A stretch of DNA of 64,000 bases, from assembly GCF_964213995.1 (NCBI RefSeq), contig NC_135825.1, positions 28,086,001 through 28,150,000 of the forward strand, in the 5' to 3' direction. Both the position numbers and the translations under genes were made by a program. The number at the start of each line of letters is the position of its first letter. The stretch's first letter is position 1. Source of the stretch: Mustelus asterias (lineage: Eukaryota). Shown piece after piece: positions 25,700 to 38,400 of the stretch. Below the pieces are notes generated by a model. It had not been told where the DNA came from. It saw only the letters and a program-made list of their open reading frames with translations, and searched no databases.

Positions 25700-26030
25700 C
25701 TAACTTGATTTAAAACCAGGCGGGTCCAAAATTCAATCCCTAGTTTGTACTGAGTTAATTGATCCTGATCCAACTGACAGTAAGGGTTTTGCTCCTGTAT
25801 TAGGTAGGGGAATTACCAGTTAAGGTCTGCATTAGGAGTCATTATTCAATGACTCCTGTTGGAAACGCATATGTGTTGACATTGGATGAAAACATGATTG
25901 GATACCTAGCTGTGATGCCCCTGCTCCTGTGGTGAAGTAGTCTGTTGACATACAGAAATATTGGCTATTTAGACAAGCTATCAAAGGGTATCAGTGACCA
26001 CCGGTCAGTAAGGTTTTGTGCCAGCAGGGG
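25700..26030 (+). mobile_element. Ancient SINE (AmnSINE2-like)
   Basis: ATTCAATGACTCCTGTTGGAAA..ATGTGTTGACATTGGATGA..AGCTGTGATGCCC resembles the recalled AmnSINE2 body; not verified. Confidence 0.45.
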
Positions 26031-26185
26031 AGGTGAAACTTTCATAGTTAAAGAAACAAAACCAGAGAATCTAATAAGCTTTAATGGTCTTTTGACAATT
26101 CTGATTTTCTTGTGCTAAAAATGACAATTGAGTATCACTACTGTTGATCCGAGAGGAGGGGGTGCATATGGTGTCATAAATCAGG

Positions 26186-26365
26186 TAAGAAGTTTAACAA
26201 CACCAGGTTAAAGTCCAACAGGTTTATTTGGTAGCAAAAGCCACACAAGCTTTCGAGGCTCGAAAGCTTGTGTGGCTTTTGCTACCAAATAAACCTGTTG
26301 GACTTTAACCTGGTGTTGTTAAACTTCTTACTGTGTTTACCCCAGTCCAACGCCGGCATCTCCAC
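26186..26365. mobile_element. Penelope-like fold-back insertion (perfect 73-bp-arm palindrome + 3' extension)
   Basis: Arms 26185-26257 / 26259-26331 with a 1-nt spacer; 13-bp TSD GTCATAAATCAGG (26173-85 / 26366-78). Confidence 0.85.
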
Positions 26366-27536
26366 GTCATAAATCAGGGCCAGGAGCTGGGGGCAGGGGG
26401 AATGGTGGGGGTTCTCAGTGTTGTAAAGTTTCAAGTCATCCAGAGCAGCAGACATGACAGACTGGCTTAAAAAAAGAATTTATCAAGCTGAGAGTTCCGA
26501 TTTTTAAAAAATCTGGTCTGTCAGTGGCAATTTCACTCGCTGCTGCACTGCTTCTGAGCTTTGGGTGGTTTCATGGTTCCAAGAAAAGCTCTCTGTTGGC
26601 TACAGATTTGAAATGATTTTGTAAATGTAGTATTTCTTTGTCGTCACTTTCTTAACATCTGTTGATTGCTCTGTGATTAATTTTCCTTGGGGAATTAGCA
26701 CTGAGTTTCCAATTTCCCTGTTGCTGCAGTCACTCTGCCTACTGTAAGCTGCTGTCATAAAAGAAAGACAAAACCTACCTATATACAGCACCTTTCATAT
26801 CCAAAATTGCTTTACAGCTAATTAAGTGCTTTTGAATTGAAGTCACTGGCATAATGTAGGCAATGTTACCAATTATAGAGCAGGTCCGAGGGGATGAATG
26901 GTCTATTCTTAATGCTCGTATGTCATTCTGGGATGGATGAGATAAACCGAGCTTGATAACTTTTGTCGTCCATATTTATTTTGTGGATAGAGGCTGAAAT
27001 CATGGCTGGAGTTCTGTTTATTTTGTTGCTAGTGTAAGTTTACTGTCAGTAGGTTTTGTGGGGTGAAATTGCCAGGACAGATGTGCGTAATGTACTCATT
27101 GTGAATCAGTAACCTGTTTTACACTGCACATGATTCTCAAGAGTCTTTTCCATTGTTTATAATCAAGTCCTTTTGTCTACTTGTCTATTGTCCCACTCTA
27201 TTGTGGTGCTTTTAGGAGTTTTTTGAGGTATTGAAATATCGTGATAAAGTTGGGTTGCATAGTAGATATTAAAATATATTTTAGTGAGAAGCAGCAATCA
27301 GCAGGGTCTTCAGAATTGCTGATGAAGGAAATACAGATGTAGTTGTGAACCATTCAGTCTTTGACCTCCGGCCTCAGAGACACCTGAAGGTTTCAACACT
27401 TCTGACTCACAGTGAAGACCGATGTTCAATCATTTCACTTTGTTGCTCAGTCATTTGATCTTTCTACCCCATGAGATTATTAATAAAATAGAATCCCATT
27501 ACATCCCTTTTATGAAATAATTTTGAATAATATCAT

Positions 27537-28033
27537 CGCCTCACTATAGGAAGGATGTGGAAAAGATTGAAAGGGTGCAGAGGAGATTTACAAGGATGTT
27601 GCCTGGATTGAGTGGCATGCCTTATGAGGATAGGCTGAGGGAGCTCAGTCTTTTCTCCTTGGAGAGACGAAGGATGAGAGGAGACCTAATAGAGGTGTAT
27701 AAGATGTTGAGAGGCATAGATCGGGTGGACTCTGAGGCTTTTTCCCAGGGTGGAATTGTCTGCTACGAGAGGACACAGGTTTAAGGTGCTGGGGGGTAGG
27801 TACAGGGGAGATGTTAGGGGTAAGTTTTTCACACAGAGGGTGGTGGGCGAGTGGAATCGGCTGCCGTCAGGGGTGGTGGAGGCGAACTCAATAGGGTCTT
27901 TTAAGAGACTCCTGGATGAGTACATCCTGGATTAATAGGATGGAGGGTTATAGGTCGGTCTAGAAGGTAGGGATGTGTTCGGCACAACTTGTGGGCCGAA
28001 GGGCCTGTTTGTGCTGTAGTTTTTCTATGTTTC
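27537..28033 (+). mobile_element. CR1 (HER1-like) 3' fragment
   Basis: ERVQRRFTRMLPG..GDLIEVYK; TSD TAATATCAT (27528-36 / 28034-42); same subfamily as 16611-17113. Confidence 0.93.
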
Positions 28034-31000
28034 TAATATCATGTAACCCAGACAGAAGAAAGTTGCTTTCTATTTTTAAAGAATGGAAAACATTTTGTTT
28101 AGTTTATCTGCGTTGCAAATATTGAATCTTCCCCAAATATGAATTTACTTTCACCGTGTCTGTATAGTGCAATTCCACATGTTAATGAGGGCTGAGGAGT
28201 CACTGAAATGTGTTAACGTCTGCACAATTTAAGAATATTTCATGATGTCGTTAAAATACAATTTGTAGGTTCTGGTTTGTTTATTAGTCACAATGGGTTC
28301 ACCTATAGGGAGTACTAAAACTTAACATTGCATTATATTGTTGCAGCTCTAACTGACCTATATGCTGCATGTCTGTTGGACGTTATTTGTAACGAGCTGC
28401 CAACAAACATGATTGGTGAATTTATTGGTGAATCTTGAGAGGGCAAATAATATGATGCATGATTGAGGGGGGAGGAATAAGAGGCACAGAATAGAAGCAC
28501 TGGGGCCCATGATTAGGGTGAAAGTGGATGGGACAAAAGATGGGAAGTGTGACAGAAACACAAACATATATAGTTTACAGAAATTTGCGTGTGAGGGGGG
28601 TTGGAATTTGAATGTTGTTGCTTTTATTTGAGTGTATTGTTTTATGGGATCTCCTTATCAACCAATCCTGAAATGGCTATGAATGTTAGGTGATATACTT
28701 TAAATTATGTTGCTTTGCTGTGGTGATTGTGTGCTGCAGTTTTTGCATTTTCGTCTTCAATCCTATTTTGGTGCATCATTAAATGTCTCTAAATTGTTTA
28801 TTAAATCTCTTTCCTCACAATTTATTTTCTTTAAACTGTGTGATGTCTGTATGTATTTGTTGACAGGTTTGGGTCACTGCATTTGCAAAGAATGCTGGAC
28901 AGGTAAATCCTTCCACCCCACCCAAAAACATGTTAGATTCTCGGATCCAGATCAGTTTTTGGTGGGATGGGGGGTGGAATCTGAGAATTCTCTTCTGCCT
29001 CACTGTGCAATTAAAAACAAATCTAGGAAATCACTGGCCCTGATAATTCAATGCAGTCTTTATTCCAACCAGAAATAGATCCAGTTTTTACTTGAAAAAG
29101 AATTCCGTGAACTCTGTACATTTCATCAACTGTTGGACAAGCAATCAGCCTGTTCCTAAGGTGTACTATTCTCCTGGAAAAGAACCACCTCCTCCTGGAA
29201 GCTAACCTAGACCTGGCCTTGTACAACTTAAAATTGTGACTGTTGGCCTTCCCTAAACTTAAAAAATAAACTGGAACAAATTGTCAACTTGAACACAATT
29301 TGTTCCCTTTGTTATCTATAAACCAAATCTTGATCAGGACACCCGAAATCTGTGCTTTTCTAAAGTGTAGAGTCTCGCATCTTTTACTCTGGCTTGATGA
29401 CTACAATGTTTAGCTTTAATGTCATCCACCATATGAGGTGACCAGAACTGAGCATGGTATTCTAACTGAGGCCTGACCATGGTCTTGTCCAGGGACAAAA
29501 TATGGGCATCAATTTTGCTCCAGTAATGATCGTAAAAGTGTCATCATTGAGCAACGTTACTCCACCTAAACTGACAGCAACTTCTAAAATCCGAAGGCCT
29601 ATTTGGAAATCCTGAAGTTGCTGATTCTACATGTCCCTGCTATTGAGACACCCCAGACTACAGTCAATGGAAATCTATTGAATTGATGAGAACTTCCACT
29701 TTTATACTGTAAAAACCCTTGAAAAAGTTACTTGTTGATGGGGTGTGTGCGGGGATTAATGGCGTATTACCTTCTAATTACTGTTAAACATTTTGACTGA
29801 ACCCGAAAAGTTAATTATATTTGAAAAGTCAAATTTCTCCATAATAAAAGTAATCATTTAAAAAAAATCTCCTTTTTGAAAGTTTATCTATTTTAAATTC
29901 TCTCAATTCAATCATAACTTATTCTGCTATCTTAAAATATTAACTAAAAGTGAACAATATTAAATGTTTGTAATTTCCTGATGTGGCTGTGTGAATACCA
30001 TATAGTGATTGGTTGCTTACCTGCTTGTTGATATCAATGCTGCTGCATGCCAAAACACTACCTGATGTGGTGCCAAATTCAACCTGCTTTTGGAAAATAG
30101 ATTGCTAATTCTTTGTGGGCAGCTTTCTTTGAAGTCAAAAGTGGGTGCCTTTGTTTCACTGGTGGCTGCAAAATCCAGGCCAGAACGATTTGCCTCTTAG
30201 ACAGTTATATAAATGCATCCTGATACCCTGTTCGGTCTCACTGTCGCTTCATTGAATTGTTCATGCATTTTTTGGAGATCAGTGCATTAGACTAAGTTGG
30301 TTTCTTTCTTTCTCCACCTATCTGAATGCTTTTTTCCTGCTTCATGTGTGAATGTTCACCTAGATAACACTGCACTTTTCCAAATTAAGCATCATTTGCT
30401 GGTCATAAATCCAGTTCATCAACACATGAAGCTCTTCTTGAGAGAGTCAAACATCAGCTGCAATTCTGCATTCATACAAATCTTAGTATTGTCTGCAAGC
30501 TTGTAGATTTGATCCTCAACACCAATACTTGCATCTGGATCGTTAATAAAAAAATAAAGTGCAATGCTCCCAGCACCGATGGCAACTTTCTGAACAGATG
30601 CAAATCCATGTCAGGCCTTCCTGCCAGTTATCAATTCGAGATATTACTACTAATACCGGAGGCTTTGATCTGACAGACGTTTTGTCAAAAGCTTTTTAGA
30701 AGTCAAGGTAGTCAGTGTCTATTGGGGGTTCCCTCAAAACCACCTTGGTAACAACATTATAAAACGGAGTAGGAGTAGATCATTCGGCCCCTTGAGCATG
30801 CTCCACAATTCAATAGGATCATAATCAATCTTCTACTTCAATTCCACTTTCCCACCCAATTTCATATCCCTTTTTTTCTTTATATCTTTTGAAGAAGTCA
30901 ATCAGATTTTTAATATGCTTTTTTTTTAAAACCATGTTTGGTGCCCTAATACAGTTCTCTCTATTTAAGCAATTATATATTACACTCCTAATGATTCCCT

Positions 31001-32378
31001 ACGCATCTCTCCTGTTCCTAATTTCAAATTAATTGGCCTATAGCTACCAGGGTCCATTTTGTCTCTTTTCAAAGATGGGGACTACATTTGCCTCTTTCGG
31101 ATCTATAGGAACCATTTCAGAGTGGCATTGAACTATTAGAAATGCAGTGAGTTATTCAAAATAATAGGTAAAGTGTTGCACATCAATTAACCAATTTTCC
31201 TGAGAATGTTCAAGGGCATATCCTCTGCCCAGGCTCCTCTATCTTCAAATTTTTAACAAAGTTCTATTTTCATCAATATTATTCCCAGTTCTATTATTAA
31301 ATTCTAATAGTTCTAATATTTTCTAGGAAAATAGTGAAGTCATAGTTATTTTATGTAATATAGAAAACATTAGCAGGGATTAAATTGGCAAAAGCGGTGA
31401 AGTGCACAATTTTTTAAAGACAAACCATCAACACCAGCAATGCAGTTAAAATACGATAATGGTGCCATGTGGTGCCACAGCATCATGACATCACAGCTAA
31501 AATCTGCACCTGATTGAAAAACATTATTACATCACAAGAGCTCAGTTGTGATTCATTTAGTGTTTTGTGATTTACTATTACATTTCCCTCCACACTCAAA
31601 GATTCAGAAGTCGCAAACTTCTGACATCATGTGTGTGGTATTTGGAATACATATTCTGTTTAAAAAGAATACCAACAATTATCGCTCGAATTTCAGAAAA
31701 TTCTAAACAAAGAAATTATACTTTATGCACTTTAAAAAAATTTTTGGCGTATCCTGGCAAGATACTGTGATAGCAAATCTTAGGACATCTTGGGCAGCAA
31801 TATCTTGATTTCCACAGTTAACTGCACATGCTCATTCTCAGGGTGTTGTTTGATTTATTCTTGAGTAAATAACCTCAGTAATATTATTATTGCAAAAGGT
31901 AGACCATTATTAATTTTAATCTTGTTGCTATTAATCTATTCCCAAGGTTTATCTGTCTCTAATTCCAAACTATAAATCCACTTTTTAATGCAGTATCATT
32001 GAATTCAGTGGTGCATAGTTTTACTTGGCTGTGATATTGCAATGTTAGGATCCTGTCCATACCTGGTTTTGGCTTAATTAATTCTCTGCTGCTTTTGCTG
32101 ATACATTAATTTGTCATTCTGTTTGCTATTTTGGATCTAAAACATAATGATGCTTTTACAATTACCTGCTACCTGACACCATTGAGCTCTGTAAAGATGC
32201 TTGTTCACCAATTTAGGGAAAACATAGCTCATTTATTTTGCAGGTTAAAACTGTACAAAGGCTTGCAGCCTCATTGTTGCAATCAGCTCCCAAGATGACT
32301 GAGTACAGAAGGCCGCGCTTCCTAGGGTGATCTCCTACCCTGCTCTCTGATTGAATCCCTGGGCCATGTGACCCTTAT

Positions 32379-32650
32379 GGGTGGCACGGTGGCACACTGG
32401 TTAGCACTGCTACCTCACAGCGCCAGGGTCCCGGGTTCAGTTCCCGTCTTGGGCCACTGTCTGTGTGGAGTTTGCATCTTCTCCCTGTGTCTGCGTGGAT
32501 TTCCTCTGGGTCCTCCGGTTTCCTCCCACAGTCTGAAAGATGTGCTGGTTAGGTGCATTGACCCGAACAGGCGCTGGAGTGTGGCGACCAGGGTAATTTC
32601 ACAGTAACTTCATTGCAGTGTTAATGTAAGCCTTATTTGTGACTAATAAA
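32379..32650 (+). mobile_element. V-SINE with Rex-Babar-like tail
   Basis: Head + V-domain + alternative tail. Confidence 0.85.
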
Positions 32651-32801
32651 CCAGACTTATTCTGCAGATTGATCCTTAAAGGGATAGTTACCACAAGCTC
32701 TTGATCTCAACTTTATTACTGTGATAAAGAGCTAGACAGAAGTTATAGCAAGATCATCAAATGAATAGAGTCTGTGGTCCTCACATCTGAATTTGCTAAT
32801 A

Positions 32802-33582
32802 CAGCAAACTCTTGATCAGTCAAGCTTAGATATCACAAAATTCCATTTGTGTTGAAGTTGTCAACCACACGCTGGCAAAGTAGCAAAGCCATAGAGCAAT
32901 GCGCATGATTAGCTGAAATTCCATAGTGCTCGATCTGGTTTCGCCAAACTTTTTGGTGTTAAGAAAAATAATACTGAAATCCTTTGCAGAAGTGTGACTT
33001 CCATTGCATGAACAAACCGGCCTCTTCTGCCAGGTGTCATGTGACCACGCTGACCAATCAGAATGGAATGCTTAGAACTAGGCGTACTCATACTATGAAA
33101 TGCTGGACAAGCCATCATTTCACATCGAGGTTTCTCTCTGAATCGCTGTACAAAATATGCGAGTATGGTGAAACCTGTGGTAAATTTAAGTGTTCATTGC
33201 AGAGAAGGTGAAGTTGATGGGGCAAGTGGAATAGCGTGGCTTGAAGCGGGAAGTGGACATCGTGAAGGACTGGGAGATTTTACCATAAATGTTTGTTCAC
33301 CTTTCTGAAAACCAACGAGAGCACCTTGGCAAGGTTCAACAAACGGGCATTCTTGAGCAAAAAGGGTGAGAATGGTAGCATATCCCAAGGTTGAAGAAGC
33401 CCTGCTAACATGGTTCAAGGCAATCTGAGCAGTGGATGTTCCCATCTTGCTTTTGTTTGCCTATCAGGCCAAGTAGAGAACACATGCATGTGGCAAATTA
33501 AGCCTCTGCAGCTATCTCGAGGCTCTGCTTAATCTGAATTCCAAGGTGGTTTCCTGGGATTTGACTCATTGAGAATTTACTG
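32802..33582 (+). mobile_element. Non-autonomous Tigger/pogo DNA transposon
   Basis: TA TSDs (32800-01, 33583-84). TIRs CAGCAAACTCTTGATCAGTCAAG vs CAGTAAATTCTCAATGAGTCAAA (17/23). CENP-B-type HTH relic KRVRMVAYPKVEEALLTWFKAI*AVDVPI (~33360-33445). Confidence 0.8.
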
Positions 33583-34476
33583 TAGTTAGCTCATAATGAT
33601 GTTGGGAGGAGGCTGGTATTGGATTGCCACCTCCCTGCTCAGTTGGAGATGTTGTGAAAAGTGCAGAAAAGTAAAGGTTGCCTTGCCCTTTATAATTAAA
33701 ACAAATACTCAAAGCCATATGACCTTCTTATTGAGGGAGCAGTGAAGGTCATAAAGATCATTGTGTGTAAGCCCCAAAAAGACTGAACTTGGAACTGGGT
33801 TGGTTGCCTTGTGGTTCATGTCATTGACTTTATTCACAAGGCAAGTAGTTATGAAGCCAGTAACATTTAAAGCTGATCAGTTCATACTTTTAGTTGCAGC
33901 TGTTTGAAAAACTGGACAGTTTTATAAAAAATAATATTTCTTCTAGTAACGTGTAGACAGGAAATGATCAATTTGTATGATATGCCATGAACACTGTCCT
34001 TTTTTCAAAACAACTTATCACAGCAAAGTGTGTTTTTGTCTGTGTGAGCTTGCCACAACAGCAAGATAGCTTATGAAAAATAACTGCCCTTTATATTGTT
34101 TGATCTTATGCAAACTGGAAGTAGATTTGACATTTATTCCTCAAAAATGAATAAATAAATTTTTATGCAGCATCAATATATAATGTTTTCTCTCAATCTA
34201 ATTCATTTAATATGCTATGTCTCTAAAAGACTCGCCTGGTATACTACTCTCAAATTCATCTGTTGTGTTACATTTGCCTTCCCAGTGTTAGAGTCCTCTC
34301 CTTATGCTAATTAAACCCAATTATTTTCATAACTCATATTAAAATCACAGAATATTTCCGACATAGAAGGAGACCATTCAGCCTGTCTGTGTCTGTGCCC
34401 AGCTGGAAGAGTTACCTTCAACCCACTTTGCAGCTTTTGGTCCATTGCCCTCTAGTTACAGCAATTCAAACACTTT

Positions 34477-34617
34477 GGGTGGAATTTTCCTGCTCTGCCC
34501 GCCATGGGAATTGTAGCGGCGGGGGGGGACAGAAAATTCGGCGGAACATGCAAAGGTTAGTTGACCTCAGGCGGGAATTTCCGGTCTTGGGGCAAGCGCG
34601 GCTGGAAAATCCCGCCC
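34477..34617. mobile_element. Short MITE (PIF/Harbinger-type)
   Basis: TIRs GGGTGGAATTTTCC / GGAAAATCCCGCCC; related copy in opposite orientation at 40251-40373. Confidence 0.7.
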
Positions 34618-34669
34618 TCTAAGTGCAATGAGGATGTCTGCTCTACTATTCTTTCAGACTGTGTTCTAT

Positions 34670-35320
34670 GATGTCGGAAAATGTAAAATTGCCCATTTTA
34701 GGCAGGAAGAATTAAAAAAAACTTTACCTAAATGGTGACATTGCACACCACAGATGCCGAAAGATCTGGGTGCATGAATTGCAAAAGGTTAGCATGCAGT
34801 TACAACAAATAATTAAGGAAGATAATGAAATGGTATCGTTTATTGTGAGGGGAATTGAATACAGAAGTAGAGAGGTTATGCTTCGGTTACACAGGAAATT
34901 GGTGAGATCACATCACAGTCTTGGTCTCCTTATTTAAGAAAGGATGTAAATGCACCAGAAGCAGTTCAGAGAAGGTTTACTAGTCTAACACCTGCAATGG
35001 GAGATTGTCTTGTAAGGAAACATTTTACAGGCCAAACTTGTATTTGCTGGAGTTTAGAAAATAAGAGCCACTTGATTGAAACATACAAGATCCTGAAGGA
35101 TCTTGATAGGGTGGATTGAAACATAGAAAATACGAACAGGACTGAGTCATTCAGCCCTTTGAGCCTGCTCCACGATTCATTATGATCATGGCTGATCATC
35201 CAACTCAATAGCCTGATCCCGTCTTTCTTCCATATCTTGTGATCCCTTTTGCCCAAGGGCTATATGTAACTCCTTGAAAACATACCATGTTTTGACCTCA
35301 ACTGCTTTCTGTGGTAGTGA
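34670..35320. mobile_element. Old CR1 fragments (+ strand 34670-35115, then a - strand 3' end)
   Basis: Decayed GIEYRSREVM, AVQRRFTSL and LIETYKILK motifs, then aacatagaaaat..gagtcattcagccc tail. Confidence 0.7.
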
Positions 35321-35622
35321 ATAATCAAGGACCACACGCACCCCAGACATACTCTCTTCCATCTCCTTCCGTTGGGAAAAAATACAAAAGTCTGAGGTCA
35401 CGTACCAACCGACTCGAGAACAGCTTCTTCCCTGCTGCCATCAGACTTTTGAATGGACCTACCTCATACTAAGTTGATCTTTCCCTACACCCTAGCTGTG
35501 ACTGTAACACTACATTCTGCATTCTCTCCTTCCCTATGTACGATATGATTTGTCCATTTAGCGCGCAAGAAACAATACTTTTCACTGTATACTAATACAT
35601 GTGACAATAACAAATCAAATCA
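35321..35622 (+). mobile_element. Rex1/Babar LINE 3' end
   Basis: IKDHTHPRHTLFHLLPLG..RSRTNRLENSFFPAAIRLLN, then TTTTCACTGTA..TACATGTGACAATAA and (CAAAT)n. Confidence 0.85.
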
Positions 35623-35679
35623 GATAATAAATCACCCTCCCACCCAGCTTTGTGTCATCTGCAAACTTGGAGATATTAC

Positions 35680-36600
35680 GTAAACATGACAATCAATAGG
35701 TCGGACGTTTCGAAGGACATCGATTTCTCAGTGGTTGTTGGTGAATCTCGGGGATCTGTTTTTTCATGTTGACTGCAACCTCTGGATTCTTTGGTTAGTT
35801 TGGACATCATCTGTGGTTATCTTCATTAGGGTCGACACAGTGTTTGAAGGTTGGCTCAGTGTTGAAGTGTTCTTAACTGAACTACTGTCTTCCCCAATTG
35901 TTTCAGGTATTGTCAGGTTCTCAGGTATGTCCAGGTCTTCACTTGGCACAGCTTGCTGTGGTGCGGACTCTTATCCAGCCAGGTGCTCCCCATTAAGCCT
36001 GCGGTCTGTCCATTCAACTGCACGTTTCCATCGATACGGTCCCTCAACAGAACCACTTCTCCTGTATAGGTTTTTCGTATTGGCTTTGAGGATTTCAAAG
36101 CAATATGTTGTAGTTTTTCTTAGTAAACAGTTTCTGGTACCAAGGAAACTGTTGCTCCATTGTCCACCTCCATTTGCACAGGTTGTCCATTCAGTAAAGG
36201 AGTGACCCAGTATCAGTTTGTTGCACCTGAAATAGCCAGTACATTCAATGACAGTTCATCTTCTGACTGTGAATCTGGTCTCTTTTTTGCACCCTTTTCA
36301 TATCACTTGGATACTTTTTCCTCTATTTGGTATTCCATATGATGCATTCGGCTTTATATAGTTCTTGCTTGGAACTTGTTGTTTCTTTCTTCGACAAGCA
36401 CGTGCCCCTTTCTGCCACAATTAATGCATTTCACGTCTTTGCTCCAGCAATCTGCTGCTGCATGCCCAGTTTTTGCACATCAGTGGCAATTTTGAACCTG
36501 TGTCTGTGTTCCAGTCTCAGCTGACATTTTATGGTTTCCACTGCTTGAACTTAACTGTTGAGCTTTCTTGGACTAGAGTTCAAAGTAAAATAGGTAAAAC
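35680..36600 (-). mobile_element. Internally deleted Gypsy LTR-retrotransposon remnant (gag Zn knuckles + protease)
   Basis: Minus strand CH*CAKTGHAAADCWSKDVKCINCGRKGHV (~36490-36399) and YWVTPLLNGQPVQMEVDNGATVSLVPETVY..KTYTGEVV (~36215-36050). No RT and no LTRs seen. Confidence 0.8.
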
Positions 36601-37513
36601 CATGCAATCATTTAAAAATTAATTGGCTGTTTTGATGAGTGTCTTTCTGGAATTGATGAGCTAAAGTTGGTCGATTGACCATCCTTTTTTTTTGTGAACC
36701 ATCTTGCTGTAGGCTACTCAATTCAAAATTCTGTAATGGGCCACAATAATGAGAAAACAAATGTCCTGTGTCTTTGGAATGTGATTTGTTTTGACTGTTT
36801 ATTCTGGAGCTGAGATTTCTGGCTCACAAAGATGGGTGGTAATGCTTTTCTCAATTTATCCTTTTGTTACTTTTCTTTTTCATGATGGTTGATCCTGCAA
36901 GGAAGTCAGCATGACTGTCAACTCCAATTTAAATAAAAGATGTACTGTATTGCTTTTCACTTAGCTTTATTCCTTGTGGAATTGTGCCAGCAACACCTGA
37001 GAAGCAGATCCTGGTTTGTGTGTGTGTGTATTTATCTTCATACACGTCTCTCTCCATATATCCACATAACTACTACTCTCCGTATACCACACCTACCTCA
37101 TATGCATATATAGAATGCATAAATGTGTTTATAATAGTCTTTTGTACCATGCTATATCTGAGGTCTACTTGAATAGAAAAATACAGATACCCAATGTACA
37201 CGTATATTGTGTTGCAAAGTTGCATTTGAGATGCAAGAGGGAGGTCTACATGTTGAAGATGCACCATTGGACGTTCTTGCACTGAATGCTTCAATTGCCG
37301 GTCACCAGAATAAATAGCAATTATGTTGTTTTAAAAACCGAAGGTGCTGGGAATATTCAGCAGGTTAGGCAGCATCTGTGGAGAACAAAACCATGAACGT
37401 TTCAGGTCAATGACCATTCATCAGAACAGGGAAAAGTTAGACATGAAGTAGTAGGTCTTAAGAAAGTGAAAGGTGGAGAGTTGGAAAATGACAGCTCTGT
37501 GGTAGGGTGGGAA

Positions 37514-37630
37514 TCATGATGTGGAGATGCCGGCGTTGGACTGGGGTAAACACAGTAAGAAGTTTAACAACACCAGGTTAAAGTCCAACAGGTTAACCTG
37601 TTGGACTTTAACCTGGTGTTGTTAAACTTC
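37514..37630. mobile_element. Second Penelope-like fold-back insertion (36-bp arms), nested in an older Penelope-like element (~37330-37680)
   Basis: Arms 37559-37594 / 37595-37630 with no spacer; TSD GTAGGGTGGGAA (37502-13 / 37631-42); shared part identical to the 26186 element. Confidence 0.85.
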
Positions 37631-38098
37631 GTAGGGTGGGAAGACAGAAGATAGTTGTTCATGGGCAAAATGTTTTATACTTTGGATATCTCCAATACAA
37701 AGTCGTTGAGGCAACATGAATAGCTGCATTTGAGGAGAAAGGAATAGAAGTATACCCTGGTGGTGCTAGATAAAGTAGGATGGAAGGAGACTCATATATA
37801 GCATAAATACCAGCATAGACCACGTGGTCCAAATGGCTTGTTCCTGTGCTGTCGGCTGAATCTTACCATTCCCCAGAAGGTGGGAAGGGAGGTTTGGGTA
37901 GTAAACTCTGGGAGAGTTGGGTTGGATCGGCGTCCCATTGTCAGGGCATTGTTAGAAACTCTGCAGGCCAAAGATTTTATGATTTTGAAAATATCTCACA
38001 TTAAGTAATTGAGGTAGTTAGCATAGCTGTGTTTAAGGAGAAAGGAGTAGAAGTATATCCTGATAGTGTTAGATAAAACATTGGTGTACATACCCAAA

Positions 38099-38400
38099 GG
38101 GTGGCATGATGGTACAGTGGTTAGCACCGCTGCCTCACAGCACCAGGGACCTGGGTTCAAATCCTGGCTTGGGTCACTGAGTGTGTGGTGTTTGCACATT
38201 CTCCCTGTGCCTGCGTGGGTCCTCCGGGTGCTCCGGTTTCCTGCCACAGTCCGGAAGACATGTTGGTTAGTTGCATTGGCCATGCTAAATTCTCCCTCAG
38301 CGTACCTGAAAAGGTGCCGGAGTATGGCGACTAGGAGATTTTCACAGTAACTTCATTGCAGTGTTAACTTAAGCCTACTTGTGACTAATAAATAAACTTT
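38099..38400 (+). mobile_element. V-SINE with Rex-Babar-like tail
   Basis: Head + V-domain + alternative tail. A solo copy of the tail also occurs at ~41625-41687. Confidence 0.85.

Noticed and set aside
26173-26378. CRISPR-like or bacterial terminator reading of palindromes and repeats
   Set aside because: Spliceosomal gene context, no repeat-spacer periodicity, TSD-flanked; explained by Penelope-like insertion.
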